Shown piece by piece: positions 61,110 through 64,000 of a stretch of DNA of 64,000 nucleotides. The notes below the pieces were generated by a model. That model saw only the letters and a program-made list of their open reading frames with translations. It was not told the origin of the DNA and searched no databases. This stretch comes from Candidatus Poribacteria bacterium (GTDB taxonomy: Bacteria > Poribacteria > WGA-4E > UBA9662): NCBI GenBank assembly GCA_046582655.1, contig JAYGDX010000208.1:30361-94360 (forward strand), written 5' to 3'. Position 1 is the stretch's first letter. Every line of letters begins with the position of its first letter. The position numbers and the translations under genes were made by a program.

Positions 61110-61154
61110 AATGCCCTTTAGTAGGTAGCTCTTATCTGGCTTTACAGCGACTGT

Positions 61155-61184
61155 AGTATACAAAGAAAAATGAAAGGATGTCAA
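61155..61184 (-). promoter_or_regulatory. sigma70-type promoter of the lipid operon
   Basis: Minus strand TTGACA-N18-TATACT about 45 nt upstream of ATG 61109. Confidence 0.6.
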
Positions 61185-61209
61185 TGCCTAAAGCGGCAGG
61201 GGGAATTAC

Positions 61210-61400
61210 CTCTATTGCTTGAATTGAGCATACGCATCATTGTACTTGGGATTTGGGTTCAAGACCGTCTCAAAGTGATGGATAACTTGCTGTTTGATCT
61301 TTAATAACGATTGCAGAAATCGAATCGTTCTGCTCCCAAGGCGTATGACGATGTTTCCGACATCAAGTTTCAATGTTTTCTGACACGGTTTCGGCGTTGA
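61210..61400 (-). pseudogene. Degraded TPR-repeat gene remnant
   Basis: Minus-strand fragments QKTLKLDVGN..RLG and QQVIHHFETVLNPNPKYNDAY resemble TPR helices; frames are interrupted. Confidence 0.4.
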
Positions 61401-61651
61401 TATTTCGTATCAGCTAACGCCACACATGCCACTTAGCAGAATCAGTTCCTATCACATTTCCTTATTTGAAGTTAAAATAGCTTGATCTGGACATTTCTGT
61501 GCCGATCCTCCAGTTCTTAATCATAATCCTGTATGCCAACCGAGCTAAGATAGGAAAGGCCTTGTCTCTCAGCGGTTTTCTGTGCTATGATAGGATTTGA
61601 GTTTGATGGCTAATTAATTCATACTATACATCTTTTGTCACACCATTGGTT

Positions 61652-62683
61652 ATGAAATACAAAAGGTCTAATTTCAAAAGACACATAAAGTTGATTCTTA
61701 TTGTCACCATTCTGATTATTGTCAACATCGTTGATGTAAAGGCGGTGAATCTTAATGTAGGTAGAGATGGCTGGGCTGCTCTCAAAATTGGTGTTGGTGC
61801 CCGTGCATCGGCGATGGGAGATACTTTTGTTGCTGTGGCGGATGATGTGAATTCAATTTACTGGAATCCCTCAGGACTGGGTCGGCTGGCTCGTCCTCAG
61901 TTTTCTGCTATGCACTCCGAATGGTTAGCGGGTATTCGTTATGAGTGGATTGGGTTTGCGCAATCTTTTGGGAAATGGCTAACTCTTGGTTCGGATATTT
62001 CGTATGTGTGGACAGGTGAGATACCACATACCATCAATTCAGATCAACACAATGGATTCTTCGATTACAATAATACGGTGGTCCGTGTTGCCGCAGGAAG
62101 TGGTGCTTATAAAGGAATCCGAATTGGCGCTGCCTATCAGGTTGCTCAAAAAAATGTGAATTTTGTAGCTAACAAGCCAATATCAAACATGAAAGTCCAA
62201 CTCAATAGTGTGAATATTGGTATTTTCTATCAACTGCCCGTTGAAGGGCTTCACTTTGGTGCTATCCTTAAAAATGTTGGTGGTCGCCCACAAAAATTCG
62301 ACCTTGATCCAATGCCAGTCATCAGATATCTCCGAATAGGTATTGCTTATACGATATCTATTCAAACGCCAGTAGATATTTCTCAATTGCAGGAAGGGCA
62401 ACCGCCAACCCAACCCAAAGAGAACAAACTGATCCTGGCTGCGGATGTCAATTCCGCTCGTGGTTGGCCGACAGATCTACATCTTGGGTTGGAGTACGTC
62501 TTCCAAAATGGGTTAGTCCTCAGAGGCGGCTATCAGAGTCGGAATGGGAACGAATTTGAATTCCTCTCCAAGTTAAGCGGAGGGTTCGGTTACGCCACCA
62601 CAACCTATCGAATCGATTATGCCTTTGTTCCATTCGGCGACCTAGGTCAAACCCATCGTATTTCCTTCACGCTCGATTTCTAA
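61652..62683 (+). CDS. PorV/PorQ-family (UPF0164) outer-membrane beta-barrel protein
   Basis: Signal peptide; LKIGVGARASAMG..FVAVADD..SIYWNPSGL, H.EWLAGI, GLEY, LRGGY, IDYAF.PFGDLGQTHRISF. Confidence 0.85.
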   Translation: MKYKRSNFKRHIKLILIVTILIIVNIVDVKAVNLNVGRDGWAALKIGVGARASAMGDTFVAVADDVNSIYWNPSGLGRLARPQFSAMHSEWLAGIRYEWIGFAQSFGKWLTLGSDISYVWTGEIPHTINSDQHNGFFDYNNTVVRVAAGSGAYKGIRIGAAYQVAQKNVNFVANKPISNMKVQLNSVNIGIFYQLPVEGLHFGAILKNVGGRPQKFDLDPMPVIRYLRIGIAYTISIQTPVDISQLQEGQPPTQPKENKLILAADVNSARGWPTDLHLGLEYVFQNGLVLRGGYQSRNGNEFEFLSKLSGGFGYATTTYRIDYAFVPFGDLGQTHRISFTLDF

Positions 62684-62716
62684 AGCGAGTCTCTATCCCC
62701 GATTTATACTTTAAGG

Positions 62717-63073
62717 TCAATGTACTTTAAATGGCCCACCGTGGGGTTCCTCTTTCAAATTTGGTTGGCTTGAGTCCAAAAAGACCTCATGTAACTCCAG
62801 TTTATTTGGTTGCGTAAACGCATCTTCAGGCAAACTACCGGATTTGGCATGTCCTTTGGTAAATTCGTCTGATCTAATCCAGTTTTCAAAATCTTTTCTC
62901 GATTCCCACAATGTGAAAACGATATACGGATCCCCTTCATTTACCGGACGTAATACTCGATTCAAAATAAATCCTGGCATGCCATCAACCAAACCTGCCC
63001 GATTTCGAAAACGCTCTTCAAATTCTTCTACATATTCGGGTGAAACATAAATCCGGTTTGCAACCGTGATCAT
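62717..63073 (-). CDS. Antibiotic biosynthesis monooxygenase family, IsdG/HmoB-like heme-degrading monooxygenase
   Basis: MITVANRI.V...EEFE.RF..R...VD.MPGF..RP..Y...TLWES..DF..W..S..F..GH. Confidence 0.8.
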   Translation of the reverse strand: MITVANRIYVSPEYVEEFEERFRNRAGLVDGMPGFILNRVLRPVNEGDPYIVFTLWESRKDFENWIRSDEFTKGHAKSGSLPEDAFTQPNKLELHEVFLDSSQPNLKEEPHGGPFKVH

Positions 63074-63331
63074 GATGTTCAATACCTCTTTTTTTTAACA
63101 TTTAGGAAAGATTAAATTAAAATATAAATAGCAAAAAGGTGCTGATAAGTTCCTTTAACGAGGTATATTGGATGCAAGTAGACACTATAGTTTTCTTGAA
63201 ACATGATTGTTGCAAATATATTTCGCTTATGATAGAATAACGTTCGAATTAAACTGGTAATTTGCTAATTTCTTTGTCTTTCAAGACAAGACACTAGCTA
63301 AACTTAAACTCTTATACAGGAGATTTTCACG

Positions 63332-64000
63332 TTGCTCAAAAAAGCATTTGTATCTATTCTGCTGTGTGCGTTAACTATGGTAGCCTACGCAGGTGTGAAG
63401 GATGGACTCTATCTCCATTTGCCGCTTAACGAAGGAAGTGGAACCCCTAAAGACGTGTCTAATAACCAGTTTAAGACTGAGTTGAGTAAGGCCGCCCCAA
63501 AATGGGTTGATGGAGGTCATGCCAAGGTAAAAAAAGCTCTCGAGTTTGATGGTACGACCAATTCGGTTAAAATTGACATGGAGGGACAGGGCAAGGATAT
63601 CAATTCACACTATGATCCAGCCAAAGGTTTGTCGATCTGCGCCTGGGTCAAAGTGATTAAAACTGCCACCGATAAGCATGGTCAGACTAGACAGCCGATT
63701 GTGATGAAAGGTGCTGGCGGTCAATGGGAATTCGCCCTTCTGGTTTATGATAATTTGGCCGCCGGCATGTCAGTATGGACTTGTCCAGGTAGCGGAGTTT
63801 CAGAACCTAGCGGAGGAAAACTTGGAGCTGGGTGGCACTTTCAATGCGGAACCTTCAGCATCAAGGAAGGTGTTAAAGTTTATCTTGACGCTGACAAAAA
63901 ACCTGTAGCACAGGCTGAATCGGGCGCAGATGCTCCCTGTGATAAGGGGAAACGTCCTGTTTTCCTCGCTCACCGTGAAGATGGGCAGTTTCTCAATGCG
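63332..64000 (+). CDS. Secreted LamG/concanavalin A-like protein (runs off the window end; missing from the ORF track)
   Basis: AGGAG RBS, TTG start; MLKKAFVSILLCALTMVAYA signal; LYLHLPLNEGSG..KDVSNN, ALEFDG, SICAWVK, WHF.CGTF, VKVYLD; no stop before 64000. Confidence 0.85.
   Translation, partial: MLKKAFVSILLCALTMVAYAGVKDGLYLHLPLNEGSGTPKDVSNNQFKTELSKAAPKWVDGGHAKVKKALEFDGTTNSVKIDMEGQGKDINSHYDPAKGLSICAWVKVIKTATDKHGQTRQPIVMKGAGGQWEFALLVYDNLAAGMSVWTCPGSGVSEPSGGKLGAGWHFQCGTFSIKEGVKVYLDADKKPVAQAESGADAPCDKGKRPVFLAHREDGQFLNA

Noticed and set aside
61110..61184. TTG start at 61184 for the ElbD-like gene
   Set aside because: That TTG is part of a TTGACA -35 box; reductase homology begins at ATG 61109
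601..63908. The many short ORFs (60-150 aa) overlapping or antisense to long genes
   Set aside because: Shadow frames of well-supported CDSs with no motifs; for example 63711-63908 is out of frame within the LamG gene starting at 63332
1..64000. CRISPR array, rRNA, tRNA, transposase or prophage genes
   Set aside because: No regularly spaced direct repeats, RNA-gene signatures or transposase/integrase/phage motifs were seen by eye

Overview
AT-rich bacterial chromosomal segment, most likely from Ca. Poribacteria. This is an inference from the LamG proteins ending in a KL..TWG.IK motif, the giant NYPNPFNPETW-tailed exoproteins, and the DUF6785, PhyH and Gfo/Idh/MocA genes. Core genes are phnW (partial), folD, purD, purN, cimA and a MoxR ATPase. 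The window also holds three giant secreted Ig/cohesin/dockerin/FN3 proteins with T9SS-like C-terminal domains plus a PorV-family gene, and a type IIG restriction-modification-like protein whose methyltransferase motifs are degenerate. An Ile-rich leader-peptide attenuator sits before cimA. A catabolic accessory region (about 36-54 kb) contains pseudogenes and what looks like a decayed integrase-less integron cassette array carrying a sulfatase and esterases. A lipid operon couples an ElbD-like reductase-ligase-ACP-acyltransferase to a squalene-hopene-cyclase-like gene. All calls come from reading motifs by eye; no database searches were run.
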